Part shown: positions 12,481-27,600 of the stretch, piece by piece
Numbering within the stretch: the stretch's first letter is position 1
Layout: every line of letters starts with the position of its first letter
Source of the DNA: Seison nebaliae
Taxonomy: Eukaryota
Length of the DNA: 64,000 nt
NCBI GenBank assembly: GCA_023231475.1
Contig: JALJEE010002181.1
Location: forward strand, 1-64,000
Direction: 5' to 3'
Translations under genes and position numbers: made by a program
Notes under the pieces: generated by a model
Databases searched by the model: none
What the model was told of the DNA's origin: nothing
Seen by the model: the letters and a program-made list of their open reading frames with translations, nothing else

Positions 12481-15400
12481 TAAGTTTCATTTTCAATAAT
12501 TCGTTTCGTTTATTGACCATATTGGGAAAAACATATTTGTTCACTGAATACCAATTTGCTATTAACCAAATCAAACATTCTGTCTTCGAATTCGTATTCT
12601 ATTCTTTCTTTCTTTCTTTCCCGTCGATTAATTTACAATTTCTTCATTTTTGGATTTTGGATAACTATTTCAATAATTTTTTTTCCTTTCATGATCTTCT
12701 TTCCCTTCAACTTCTTCCCCCTCAACTAACTTCTTCATCAAAAATTCGAACGATTTTTTTCCTTCGTGTTTTCTGAATGAAAATTTGATTGATGATGAAA
12801 GCGTTCAACGAATATGGTTTTTTTTTTTGAATATAATATCCTAATAATCGAGAACATATTAAGCGAACGATATGTTTGAATGGAAATCTTTTTTTTCATT
12901 GTTCCTCTCATTATGGGAAAAAAAGAAAGGAAAATCGAGTGCACCACATAAATGAGAAGACCAAAGAAATTACTTAGCATTTGCCTTCAAGTCAAATTTT
13001 TCCGTTCTATATTCCCAATTTCAATAATGTCGATTATGTCGATTATTGTCTTTGATAATTGTAATAGAAGTTACTATTAGTAACTTTATGTTATCCGCAT
13101 TACCATGAAATGTATTTAAACGAAATTACTTAAAAGATTTTTCGATGAAACATGAAAACTTTTTATATTTTTAAAAATTAATAATTACAGGTCTGCAAAT
13201 CTCAAAGAAAATCGTCCTTGCACCATTTGGAAAGTTAATCAGTTTTGTGCGAAAAAATCATCCTAACTTAAGATGATCAGTATTAGATCATCTAATTTAG
13301 ATGGAGTTATTTTGAAGCGTTACCGTTTATTAATCGATAAATTATCCAAACAGAATTTTGTTTTAACTTTTGTACGGTGAAAAAAAAAATATTAAAAATG
13401 CACCTTCTGTTTAGGTCGAGTCTGTTTAAATCGTTCCGCAATTCACCATTTTATCCTTTTCATTTGGTCATCCAAAATGCCAAATAATTTATTAGCTCAC
13501 TTCCTTTAGGTTTTCTTGATATATTAATGATATTCAAATTCTTACCAAATTCATTCAAAATTTTATCAAACTCCATTTGATTGAATATGTAAACTATTTT
13601 CATTAAACAGTCTATTAATGGTATTATTTTATATGTCGATAAAAATAAATGTAGTATATTTTAAGAAAGAGGTAACATATGGTAACATTAAGGGAAAAAG
13701 TTATTGAAATTAAGTTTTAAACTAATCATATTAAAATTCTCCATGATTGGATATGATCCAGAATTTTTTAAGCCATACTTCAAAAAGAAGAAAGGATTAA
13801 TATATAGAATAAAATATAAAATGAAGCTATGAAAAAAGAAAATTACAATTTTATTTCGTAAATATTTTATTGAACTCCATAATGACTCATTAGAGTTGAT
13901 ATAAAAATCTTCAACGAATTTCAATTTACCATTAAGGATAACAATGAAGGTTATTGAGAATAACTTTATCTATGCACCTTCTTCAACAATTGCAGAGACG
14001 TGTGTGTGGATATGCACATGCAATTAAATCTAATTGCATATTTAATATTCTAGTTATCGTTAATTTTCCATTTAGTTCCCATTCTTCTTTTTTAGATTTT
14101 CCCTAAACAAACAACATTTTTTCACATTACCTCATTTTTTTCATCCACTTTATTATTAAAAATCGAAATTTATTCACTTGATAATCTCAGCTAATGGATA
14201 ATCAATGACGGTTGATGTGAATGAACGAAAGAATTGTGTAATAACAACTTTAATTGAATAACTTTTACAATGAAGAATTTCATCTTTTTACGATTTGAAA
14301 CTTCTCCTAATTATTATAGTCTTATTATTCTTATTAGTAGAGAAAGAGTTATATATGTCGTAATACAACTAAAAAAGTTGTACGTTCGAATTGTATGGAA
14401 GATCGAAGAATGCCAAGTTGCATTGCCAACCCTTTTAACTGCCCCTTATGAATAAAGTAACTTTTGTATAACATTTGTTAAAAATAATGTTTTGGACTAA
14501 TGTTCAATTGAATGTTATTAAAAATATTTTCCACAATTTTTATGTGAAAATTGTTCTTGGTGAAGAATTCATGGGCTGTTTTTGGATGAATATGTTGAAT
14601 TGAAGAATGTGCTGTTGTACTTTACAAAAATTACAAACAATAACTAGCATCTAGAATTTAAGTGTTTTCATTTCGATAAGAATAACAGTTTCAAGTTTCG
14701 ATATCGTATCCGTCAATTATGACTAACTAGAGTAATCTCAAAAGAAAATATGTTTCTTCTCCAATTCTTTTATGGAACTGTTCGAGTTTCTTTAGTTGAT
14801 ATTTGGCACAATTATTCCCAATCTAGAACAACTTCCGGACATCCGACATTTTTGTAGTTAATGAATAATCATTGGATTAATATTTCAGGACAAAATTTAA
14901 TCGTTCAAATAATTTCAATAAGAATTATAAATAGTTTTGGAGAATTGACATAATGAGGAAAAGTCCACAATGAAAAATGGGAAACTCTCTTCATCAAACA
15001 TTCTTTGCACCAACTTTCTCTTTTGTTTATACGAGGTAGAAAAAAGAGTCTTTTCCAAAGACGAACTATTATTTCCCAATGATACTCGATCTTGTCATTT
15101 TCTTTTTTATTTCCTTCAAATATTGTCAGAAGAAATTTTAGGAAAAAGGTACAGCATAATAAAAACTAGTGAATAACGAAGAATTGTCATAATAAAGAAA
15201 GTTACATTTCTTCTCCACGTTCGGTTATTTAATGAAATTTTCTTCCAAGCGAAATTATTATATCATAAAATATTATCTTACATCATATAACTTCTTTTGG
15301 TATTTTGATTCATTTCAATATCATTTACTACGACTATTTCATGGAGATCGATGCCTTTATCATTAAAAATCTCCGAATTGTGATTAGGAGAATATGTTTC

Positions 15401-17760
15401 TTCCTAGATTCTAGAAGAATATACCTAATAATATGTAAATATAATCTTCGAGAACAATTATTTTTAAGGATGAAGGAAGTATATTAATAAGGATCATGTG
15501 TCGCTATCGAAAAAGAAGTTAAGTGGATTATAAAGGATAATCAGTATTTATTTATACAGAAACAATCTACGAACTTTTTTAAAATTTGTTCCAGACTTTA
15601 TTTAATTAATGTATCAGTGAAACAATTCTGAAATGTTGATAACAGTCTTTTAATAATTCCATTAAAGAAAAGTTGAAGTTAGAACTGGTCCTTGAAGAAC
15701 GGAAAAATGGTCTGTAATTTTCATTCAAATTTTCTCCTTTTACAATAGATGATTTTAAAAGTTTCATAGAAAAAGAAAGATATATGCGTATTTGTTGCAT
15801 TTGCAAAAGGGAATTTCCCGTGAATTTTCAGTCTTTGAATGAATCATCCAATTTCCGTTTGGAATAGTCGAAAGTTTTCCGGAATATGCTATGAACACTT
15901 TTAATAATGATTTTTAATGAAAATAAGCTGTAACGAAAACAATTCACCAGGTACTATTTATGGAAGGAGTTTGTTTGATGAGAACCATTTTCTCCTGTTT
16001 CTGTGAAAAAAATTAGGGAATTGAATAATTTATTTTGAGTTCATCGAAATTAATTTCACATATATGAGTCAGAAAAACGAAGGAGCTTTCTACCTTTTCG
16101 TGTTAAGTGTAATAATGTGATAAGTATTTTGTTAGTTGAAAGAAAGAAAACTTTCGTTCGAATTATTCTCAAATTTCTTACAATTTTCATTATTTATATT
16201 AAATAAAGATTCCATTACTTTTCATTAAAAGAATCAAAAAAAAACATTTTTCTTTTTTTTCTCATATTTTCCCATTAACGAAGAACGAATGAACTATCGC
16301 TCAAAATTGGAAACATACGACAAAATTTTGGAAGCCAACAGAAGTATTAAGTGTATTCAATTTCCTGGTGAACTATAATGAAAATTTAATTTTTTCTTCT
16401 TTTAAGACTACCTTCCTCCTTTGTTCTTGTTTTCATTCTGATTTGTGAAACTTTTATATTTCTATCCAAAATCTCCACACATTCTCCCCCCAACCAAAAA
16501 TAACATCCAAACTTACATAATATGCAGAATTGCATCTTATTTGAATGTATGAACAACTACAATTTATTAATTTTTTCTACTTCGCAACATATGCGAATGG
16601 ACGAGGTTAAATGAAACAGTTGTTAATGTTTGTCTTTAACATGTTCACATATATTTATTTACCTTTACTATTATGTTAATCGAAAATTGGAAAGTTTCTT
16701 TTTCATTTTGAAATTTTCCTTCGCCATAAATTTCAAATAGAAAATGAAATCGATGATGCCATAACCGATATCATTAACCTGATATCTTAATGTCAGACTG
16801 AATGGAGATTATTCGAATGATTTACTTATTCCTTCATAGCGTTATATTGATGACGTTATTAGATGTACGACATATTCGTGTCTAATCATCTTTTCTTCTT
16901 CATTCCATCACTTGATTCATTTTCTTTCTTTTTTTGGCAGTGTCGACTCAATTGTGTTCCATTATTTTCATTTATTCACATTCGCTTTATATTTTCTCGG
17001 TCGGTCGGTTGGTCGATCGCTTTTTTTACATTCTCTCCATCCTGTAATCATTCCTCAATTCTCGTTTGCATACGATATGCGCATGACGGAATAACGGAAA
17101 TTGATGCATAATTCGTATGTTAATCGATAACATGAGAATGCGAATTGGTGCAAGTGGAACATGATCTCGAATGTAACATGATGAAACGAATAAGGAATTT
17201 TTAATATTGAAAAAAATTTTATTATTATGATTATGATGATGGTTTTGATGTCGACTAGCTAAGCCAACTACATCGACGCTTATCTTTATCATCGTCAATT
17301 AATTTTTTATGCATTTTCTCAAACCTTCTACATTCGATATGTTGGGATGAGAAATTTAACACATTACACACATTCTCCCCCCGACATTTTTTTTTCTGTA
17401 AGAGAATTCTATGTGCAAAGGTCTCTGTTTTTGGTGCTCAGACGACTGTTCATGATTTGGGGGAAAATGAATGAATGAGAAAGAAAACAATGAATGAATA
17501 TCTCGAATATGTAAATTGGTAGGGAGAAAGGCAGAAGAAATCCAACAGCGCAAGATTGTAAATGAGTAGGATTGTGCATAATTCTCCATATACACGTAAA
17601 GTAGCAACATAACATCAATCAAAAACAGTAAATAATTATGGCAGAAACATCATCGGACTTATCATGAGTTTAAGCAGAAGGAATTAATGCCGGTATGATT
17701 AGATATACTAGTCGAACGGAAAGTAAAATTGAACCTTATTCTTTTTATTAGTTTCTTATT

Positions 17761-17783
17761 ATTCATTCATTCATTCATTCATT
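17761..17783. repeat. (ATTC)n tetranucleotide repeat
   Basis: attcattcattcattcattcatt. Confidence 0.85.
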
Positions 17784-18735
17784 GAGTCACACATTCTGAT
17801 TCTTTTTCATTCCATCATTTCCGATGTTCACTTATTAATAATATCTTTCTTTCCTTTCTTTTTTCAAAAAGAAATCTAGTTTCCAGTCAAAAATTATAAT
17901 TTTCTAAATCATAAAAAATATAATTTATTAGTGCACTTATCACAACGAGCTTTCTGATTCTTCCACTCCCTCCTCCACTCCATGAAATATTCCTCATAAA
18001 ATTTTTAATAATCTTAAAATTCCTTTATCTTTTCTTTATCATATTTCATGGTGCAAATGATTCTCCATTCAATTATAACTCATTTCAATTTTCTGCGCAT
18101 AATTCTTTAAGTCTGACGACTGACGATGAAATTCATCGATCCGGATAACTTATCACGACCATTCAACCATTCGACTAGAAATGATCATGTTTCCATTATC
18201 GTTCAGATTCTCCTAAATGTTTTTTCCAATATCTGTCACTCGGAAAATTAATGTGGATGATAAGCCTGATAAAATTCCTTTAGAGAACGTGGCTGATAGG
18301 AATGATATCTTATGAAAAGAAAATTGTTTTAACTCGAATTCATTTCTCTAGTTCAATTTCTCTCCTTTTATTCTCAATTAATCATTTCTCCTTTTTCACT
18401 CAATTCATTCTCATTCATTCCTTCCAATTTTGGAATCATTGTTCCTTCTGCTATTTCCTTCATCAACATATCAATGAAATTTCAAAGAGAATCAATAAGA
18501 AGAAGTTTTGGTGGAAGAGAATTTTTTAATTCAGTATGTGAACGTATGATTAAAAGAATTGCAAGATTAGAACTTGTAAATATTTACTTGTCCCAGAATA
18601 CATTTCATCGAATGACGATCGAGCCACAACTTGATAAAAAAAATTGAAAAGGAAATATGCGATGAAGATTCTTTCTAATAATTTTCTATACAACAATTTC
18701 CACTTCACCCCACATAGATGAGTGTGTATGTGCGA

Positions 18736-18757
18736 GTGTGTGTGTGTGTGTGTGTGT
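18736..18757. repeat. (GT)n microsatellite
   Basis: About 11 GT units; a second GT tract lies near 21036-21053. Confidence 0.9.
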
Positions 18758-21700
18758 CGTTGGAGTTGATGAGCCGACTATGTGTATGGGCGTCCGGAGA
18801 GTTGAGGGGGACATGTATAATTTAGTTAGATGTTGATTGTATGTATGTCAATGTAGGTATATTTGGGGGTATAAAAGAAAGAATAGACGGACATGACTAT
18901 TTAGAAATTTCAGTCTATTTATTTTGACCAATGAATTCTATTAATATATTTTATTTCTCAATTGATATCATTCAACAATTTCTCTCACTCAAAATTTATA
19001 GCTCATTTCTCTTGTATCTTCTTTCTCATCTTTTATTCTTTCGATTTCTTTAGATTCCTATTCTCCATCTACCATTCCCTTCATCTTCATCCCAATTCCA
19101 CCACAGTTAGTCTTATCTCAACTCTCTCAAAACATATGAATATCAGAGAAATAAAATTTCAATTTCTAATTCAAATTTAAAAGTTTGGAAGAATTTCATT
19201 TGAAAATGCCAGTTTGAACACCAGAACATTATTCATTTTGTATACTACCACCTCATTCTATACTACAATTAATTGGAGGAGAATAGAAGTAACACATCAG
19301 GTTACATGTGTATGTGTTTCTATCAATCTACCATGACATACCTCTCTTCACATACTTCCACTACGCATACTCCACTCTCCCCCTCCTCTACGTGTCCCAA
19401 CGACTTATGTGTATATCATCCAACTTTTCCCCTAAGTTTCGTGTATGTTTATGGGACGATGAACCATTGAAGGAAAGAGGGAAAGAGAATTAGACAAGTG
19501 AAACACTCTTCGTCTGTTCTTCATTTCGTTGAAAGCGCTTCATTACTTGAGTAAATCCAAACATATTATTTTCATTCAGCCACTAAATGATAGTAAGCGA
19601 ACTAAAGATAATAATAGTAATAATAATAATAATAATAGGCTCTCTTTTTCATCATTTCTTGTTCATTGAGACGATTAAGGCTTTCCTTATTCTTCGTCTC
19701 AACCTAAATCACCAAATCCAAGTGTTTTCATTACTCATACACGGACATATCATTCAACCATCATACACATACAAATAATAATGATAATAATAAGTTTACA
19801 TCTCTCTCTTTCTCTCTCTCTCCAATTCGAATTTCTCCGAACTCTTTCTGTCTCTGCGAACGAAAGAAAAGACAAACAATTTTCTTATAGACTATTCATG
19901 TTCTGACTTTTTAGAAAAATTCTCATACCTGATTATCATGATTCCAAACATCTTTCTTTCCTACAAATCATTCCAGTAGAGAAATCACAACCTTTTTCAA
20001 TTATCCTTTATAATATAAACTTTATATTATTAATATTCATTATCTCATATCTTCTTTCTTAAACGGAAAAAAAAAATCATTTTATTTTTCCTTTCCCAAG
20101 GAAATTCTCAGAAAATAATTTCGAAAGTATTCTATAGACAAGAATATTAAGATTATCCAAATCATTTCAAATGTTCTTTTCAATTTAAATTTGATTAGAA
20201 TTTAAAAAATAATTTTTTATAAATTTTATTTTCCTTTAGAGATTAGATTTTATTTATTAGAGTTGGGAATTAGTTTGTTATTTAGTTATGATGAATGATT
20301 CAGAAAATTATTTTCGAAACATTTTAATAATTCCTTTAGCCGACAAGACGCCTGTGTACTAGAAACACACATACGTATAACATATACACTTGTACTTGTC
20401 GATTGACATGTGTATCGATACACATATACTCGAAATTGTAAGTGATAACATTGGTCAGCCAAACACGAATCGAGATGACTGAACGGACGTAGATCGTGCG
20501 CGATTACAACAGTGAATAATAATAATAATTGAATGATTGTACATTCATTAGAGCGACCAAATCATTCATCCAACCAACTAACAAACTAACAACTATTCTT
20601 TCTTTTTTTTCTTCCTTCCAACCATTCTCCGAAGAGGAGGGAAGTTCTCTCTCTTTCTCCCGTCGAAAGAGAAGGCAGATCGAAGATCTTTTCTAATTAG
20701 TGCGATACACATAATCCAGCTACTAATTTGCTCATCATCATCATCATCATAATCATCATAATCATCCTAACATTATCGCCAACTTATTTCTTTCGTCTGT
20801 TCCTCTTCTCATGTTCGTCCACATCGACTGAACTTCATCTAAATATAGAACATTATTGGATTGATGAAATAAATGTGATAATTGTTGAAACATCAAGAGA
20901 ATTGCCATGAGAATGAATGTCCTTTAAAATTAAATCTCTTCACATCAATATCTTCATATTATTTTTTCTCCTGTTCTCAATGTGCATATATGTGTGTTTT
21001 TGTGAGGGTGTATGTGTGTTAATATGAGAGAGCGCGTGTGTGTGTGTGTGTGTAAGAGGATGGACATTTCTTTTGAAATATGATTGAACTTTATTTTCTT
21101 GATAAGTGAGTGACACACTCACATTATTATGTCCAATAGTCCCAACGATGTAATTGTATATGTCAATTTTTCATTTTTTTTATATTTTTATCACATAAAA
21201 ATTAGTTTTCTTCTAATAATTCTTGTGAAGAAGAAATAGTTCTTTTATTTGGTCTGATCGAAAGATGTAGAAGGAACGAAACATATTTTAATTTAAGATA
21301 AGCAAAAATCTAACATTAATAAAGTTAGTTCCTATTCCATTACTCAGCGACATATGACATTCGTTTGATGTAAATCATTCAAATTTTATCGAATACTTTA
21401 TTGTCGTTGAATTCTTTTTCATACAAATCTAGTAGGACATGGGAGACATATTTCTCTTTCGTCATTCATTTCCTTCATTCACTTTACGTATTTCATTTCG
21501 CTTCTGAAGCGAAAAAATCTCAATTTTCGCCTTCCCATTTCTTTTTCGTGCAAGTTTTTATTATTCGAAAATAATTAATTAAATCGTTCCTTTTATCGAA
21601 CAATTCTCTTCAACATCTTTACAATAGATCAGATCGTGACCGTTTTCTTCTCATTATTATTCAATTATTCATTTATTCATGACAATTCAACGAAATTGAA

Positions 21701-24633
21701 TATTTATTATTCGACTTATTTTCTTGTTCTTCTTCTACACATTTCTTTTTATTTTTTCTAATTCTCTTATCTTCTGCTACTTACCTCTAATTTATTCAAG
21801 AATCAACTCCTATTTATTCTAAATAATAGAAAAATTTACTTTCTTCAATTGAGACGAGTGTTTATTCAATTGAACTTTTCTTCCAAGTAATTAAGCTTAA
21901 ATTTTGAATTCCCGCCAAAATTTATTTTTTCTTTCTACTCATTTTGGTGAAGAATATTAATTCTCAATTATAATTTTTAAGCTTTACTTAATCGTCAGAA
22001 CAAATTATTCCTATATTTTTTTAAATTTTTCATTCAAAAAAAATAACTCAAGAAGAAAAAAATCAAAATGAAATTGTTATTGGAGAAAGGAATTATACAA
22101 GTCTCTTCTCATCATCTATCACATCATTTTGTTTTCTGAACATCTGTGAACCTTAGCATACGCAATTGTTGGACAAATTCACAAGAAAGTTTTTTTTATT
22201 GTACATTGTACCAATCATTGTACCATTTAATTTCAGGAACTTGATAATTTAATGTTGTCACATTTCCTTTAATTTCACCTATATAAATCTATACCGTTAC
22301 CTGTGTCAGAAAATTATCTGTTTATAGAGTTCGAATAACTTCATATCAATGAAACACCCAATACCTCGAGGTGGTCAACTAAAACTTTCTTTCTTTCGTT
22401 TTCTTCTGTTTCTTTTTCAGCTTTCTTTCTCGTCATGTTAACTGAATATTTCTTGTTATTCTTATTCTGTGTATATGAAGTCGGAGAGAAGCTCTTATAG
22501 TCGTTGACCATAATGTTTTTAAAATAAATTCAACTACATTTCTTTCGTCCTTTTCGAAAATAATAATGACTAAAAGTTTTCTGAGTGAAATTTGTTTTTC
22601 TTTTTTGTCCGATCGTTAATTTGAGTTGATTTTCATTAAATGGATAATCTTAAATTAAATTTTTAATTTTTGTTATTTCAGAGTTGATTAAGAAATAACA
22701 AACAACAATTCTTTAAGGGGAAAAACTAGAACAAAAGCAAACTGCTCTAATACGAAGTCGAAATGTAAGATTGCAGAGAAAAAAGAACGGAAGTTTATTA
22801 TTTTCAAAGTTTATTTTATTAATTCTATGTAATTATTATTGTTTTTGCAGTTAAATACATTTTCTTATGTTTGTACCATAAGAGATTCCTTCCATAATTT
22901 TTACCATTCAATTTTCGACTCTACTGAAAATTCTTTCTATTTATTCACTTACAATAATCATCTCCTTTCTTCTACTTTTTCCTTTTTGTATGAAAAATTT
23001 TCTTGATAATGTATTACGTTATGTACTGAAATGACCTATCCATTTACGATGATTTCGATGTTTTCAATTTATCTTCATCGATTATTCCTGTCTGATGAAC
23101 TTCTGGGGTTTATCGTATTTTCCACGTCCAATATTTTTATATATACATCACGTCTTTAAACAACCTTCCTTATCGACTTACACGAGAAATGCAGTTTGCT
23201 GAGAGATTTTAAGAATTTTTTTTCAAAACGGACATTTCATCCATGGAATTTCGGACATTTCGGACTTAGGTTGGCTTCCATTGACAGACGAAGAAGAATT
23301 GTTGTATACTAAATAGGAAAGCACTCAATCATGATTTTAAGTGTAGTCATTTCACCTCACAGAAACATTTTAAAGGATTTAATCGATATCAAGTGAGATC
23401 AATCAAATATCGATATGAAATCAAACGAATTCCCCGAATGAAACGGAAACTTATACAGATACATACACATACAAATTGACATATGTTGTGAGAATATATG
23501 AGACGTTTCAATTCTATGTGTTCATACCGTACTTAATTATTTATCTTCTATGTACATAGGACACGAACGATTACTTTATTTATTCTTAAACAGATTGACA
23601 GACACTTATTCTCATACTTCACATTTGGTCGCGTTGTCGAATATTTCTTGTAAACTCTTCAAGATTCCCAATAATAATAAGAGAAGTATTGAGTAGAAGT
23701 CATTTATTTTGTGGGGAGAAAATGCCGATTTCTCTCCATTCTTTTACGTCGAAGCGAATTCGATAGATGGCTAATAAACTTAATTATTAAAATTAATATT
23801 ATTCCCTTATACCTTTTCGTCAATTGGGAATTCGTCAATTCGGTTAAAAGGCGGAGAATTCTTTCGTTTCTTCATTCATTCACTCAGTCAGTCACTCAGT
23901 CGTTCATTCGTTCATTCATTTATTCTATCTTACGAATTGTAGCGATAAAATATTTATATCAAAGTTAAACACTTTCGAAATTCCATTTAGAACTTTTCTT
24001 CTTGAACCAGTTTCCGATACGCATTCTGATATAGGTCTTTACTCTACAATAAGTTCAAAGATAAAATTCTTCACAATTTTACGATTCAATTAATAAGATA
24101 ATTATAAAACGATTAAATTCCTCCGTATGTCTCTCCTTCCAACTCCTCGAATAATTCAATTACAACTTTTATCATTTGTTTTTATTATCATATTGATAAA
24201 TGATTGGTGATAAATGATGATGATGGTGATCGTCGAATTTACTTATGATTATCTCAAATTTTTTTTGAGATTTATTTTCGAAGTAATAATTGTCTAATAA
24301 AATTGGTAGAATTTCATTGTACGTATATATTGAATTAGTTAAAAGCATATAACTTTATCGATATTATCCTATACATATCTCAATCATATCTCTTACCATC
24401 TCCTCCCCTCTTCTCCTCCTCAATGGCGGGCCGTCGTCATTTTGGATAAATGTAAGAAATTTATTTATTTTTAATTCTCCGTTTCATGACGTAATATTTT
24501 ATTACATTATATTATCTAATGTTGTTGCGTATTCGAAAATTTCATTCGCGATAACATATCTACTAATTTTCTCTTCATACTTTTAACCATTTCACCATTA
24601 CCCTAAACCTAGCTACTACCGAAGAAAATTTCA

Positions 24634-24660
24634 CATATATATATATATATATATATATAT
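24634..24660. repeat. (AT)n microsatellite
   Basis: About 13 AT units. Confidence 0.9.
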
Positions 24661-27600
24661 TATTTTCATTCATTGATTTACTTCTCTCCATTTCGTTTTA
24701 TTCATTCAGATTTCCTTTTTAGAAACTTCATCATTTATCATTCATTTTACTATTGTGTTATGAAAACATTAAGATTATTATTATTATGATTATATTTAAA
24801 CGCCTAAAAAATTAGTTTTCATTTCGTTCTCTAGTGAAAGTTTCGGAGAAGTAGAAAGAGAATCGTTCATTCCTTTCAATTCCTTTCGTATGAAACAATT
24901 CATGAGAGTTCCTCTTTTCTCCCGGTCTTTTCTCCTCTTCGAGAGTGTTTGTTAACAAATTATTCTCTAATTCTCATTCGTCACGACAAATATAAATATT
25001 TACAAATTAATTATAAACTAAAGAAACCTCTATGAAAAATTTGATTAAAGTCAATCTACTCCACATTCTGGAAACACTGAACATTTTCGTGAACTCCCCA
25101 ACAATTTGAACCGTCTAAGATTAAGAGTTACTTGTCGAATAGTTCCTGTTAGTTTCAAATATCATATATCTATTGAACGAGGGAAGTCTCTCCAAATTAT
25201 GTCAATTCAATTTGTTGTTGGGTGAGAGTTACGAATAATTTTGATTTGGATATCCAAACGATGATGATATTTAAGTAAAGGTTAAATGGTCGAAATTTTG
25301 ATGTTTATCCAACTTAAGAAAAGTTAATTTATTTCTTCGTTCTTTTTTAGAAGAAGAGTTGATAATATTTGCATATTGTAAGAAAACAACACTTGAAATA
25401 TATTGAAATTCTTTCCCAGAAAATTTTTAAGTTTTTTTCTCTTATGTGATTATTTTTCATTAACTCTCCTTTTTTTTTATTATGATTCTAATTTATTCTT
25501 TTAATGTTTCGTTGTATGGATGAAAAACTATATCGTCAGCTAATACAAGTACGTTATTTCATCGAATGTTGAAAATAGAGAAAAATATAGTTCTTTATAG
25601 CCGACTAACCCATCCTTATTCTCAACTACGACCATTGCTTCTTTATTTGTAGAAGGAAAATATCGAATTCTTATCATTAGTTTCAGTTGATGTAATATTC
25701 ATTGTTAATTGGTAGAATAGTGTAATGAATGATAATACAATGAAGGTTCCAACATAAATGTACATATTAGTCATCTATAATTAGGAGCAGAATTGTACTA
25801 TATCATTTCAGATGATATTCCATAAACATTCCGTATCATCAAATTATTCGTGAATTTTTTGGGGGAGGACATATATGTGAAAAAGAAACATATCGATAAT
25901 TTTCAATAACAAAATTCATGTAATCGTTTTTCGATTACTGTTAGACACTTCGTTAATTGCAAATATTATTCTCTTGTAACATATTCCGTTATTATTATTC
26001 TCTCAAATATCATTCACATCTGAAATTGTTTTCTTTATAGAAATATTGTTAGTTACTTATCGAGTAGTAGTAGTAGTTGTTGTTGTTGTTGTTGTGGTCG
26101 TACCTGAGTTTGTGCTAAATGTTACAATGGTTCCATTTAGTTAACGAGAACTTCTTAGGAAGGGAATCATAAATGGAAATAATATTTCCAACAAACGAAA
26201 TAATCAATGAACGGATGTGATGAGGTTCTTTTTGAATTTGGGAAGTTCTTTTAGTTTCATCCTCACAAAATGTGTTGGAAAAGACGAAGCTTAAGAAAAG
26301 AGTGACATGTTACGTCGTAGTAATGTTGAACGAAAGTGCTTTAGTTTCATCGATTTTTCAAAACTATATTTCGTGTCTTAACTTCGTTCTCTCCTTGTTC
26401 TCCTTCGAATTGTTTCGAATACGAATTAAATATAATTATATTGAAATTATTGGAGTGACATACGTATGTCCTCACCTCTTCGAGGTAGGAAAGTGATAAT
26501 GAGCTTCATTTCAGTTTTCTTCTTCTTTTAGATGACAATTGATGAATGAAAAATGACATTACTTTTTTTTCCTGTGAAGCAATTGAATTTATTTGATAAT
26601 TCTTCTTTCTCCTCAAGACATCGAATAGATGTGCATGTTATGTGATGTCGGTGTGTTCTTTTATTCTTTCGTCCGTTTGCCTGTCCGTTTGTCCGTCCGT
26701 CTGTCGACCGATTTCGATAAAAATAAAAGAACTGGAAGAATAAAAGAATTTTGGGAAGAAAGGAGGAATTGTGTTCAGGAAACATTTCCATTTCACATTT
26801 ACTTCCAACTGTAATTGATAGAATGAATATCGATACAAATCATTTTTGATTGAGGAGAATATATTGTACAAAGTAAATGTTGTCGATGGATTCTTGTCAA
26901 CAGGAATTATATGTGACGTCTTTTTTCTTCCTTTTGAATTTCTTCATGTTCCATTCCAACGATGTGTGACCTGTTTATGAACCGTTAATATTTTTCGAAT
27001 TATCGAATGATTTATTTATTCTTCTCAATGAAATTTCCAAAGGGATAATTTATGGAGAATTCTTCAGAATCTATCACAATAAGTCCGTACACTTCAATTT
27101 GAGAATTGATCAAAGAAATGATAAACATTTGTCGACGGCACTGCCAGTCGACCTGCCGACATAACTTACGCATTACGTGAGAAAGATGGAGCCACGTAAA
27201 GTCTCAAATTTTCTTTCCTTTATTTAACACTTTACATTCCCGAAAACTCGCAGAAAGCCTAACCAAATGTTTCTTCAGGCAATTTTTTTCTCCCCCTCCA
27301 CTCTTCATGATGCGATCTTCCTCATTTCTATATGACATGTAAATCACTAATCACTACTAGGTTTCTTTGATCATAATCATTCTAAATTTCCTTAATTCGT
27401 CTTCCTATGTTTCCCTTCCTTTCCACAAGAATGATTACTCATATAATTTATAATTAGAAATCCTCTGATCTATAAACAAATAATTATATTTAATTTGATT
27501 CTAATTCACTTTTATTAGTTGGATTCGTTGTAAATAAATATTTCTCCATCATTCGTCTCCTTTTTATTCCATTTGACAAAAAAACGATATCATCCATTTT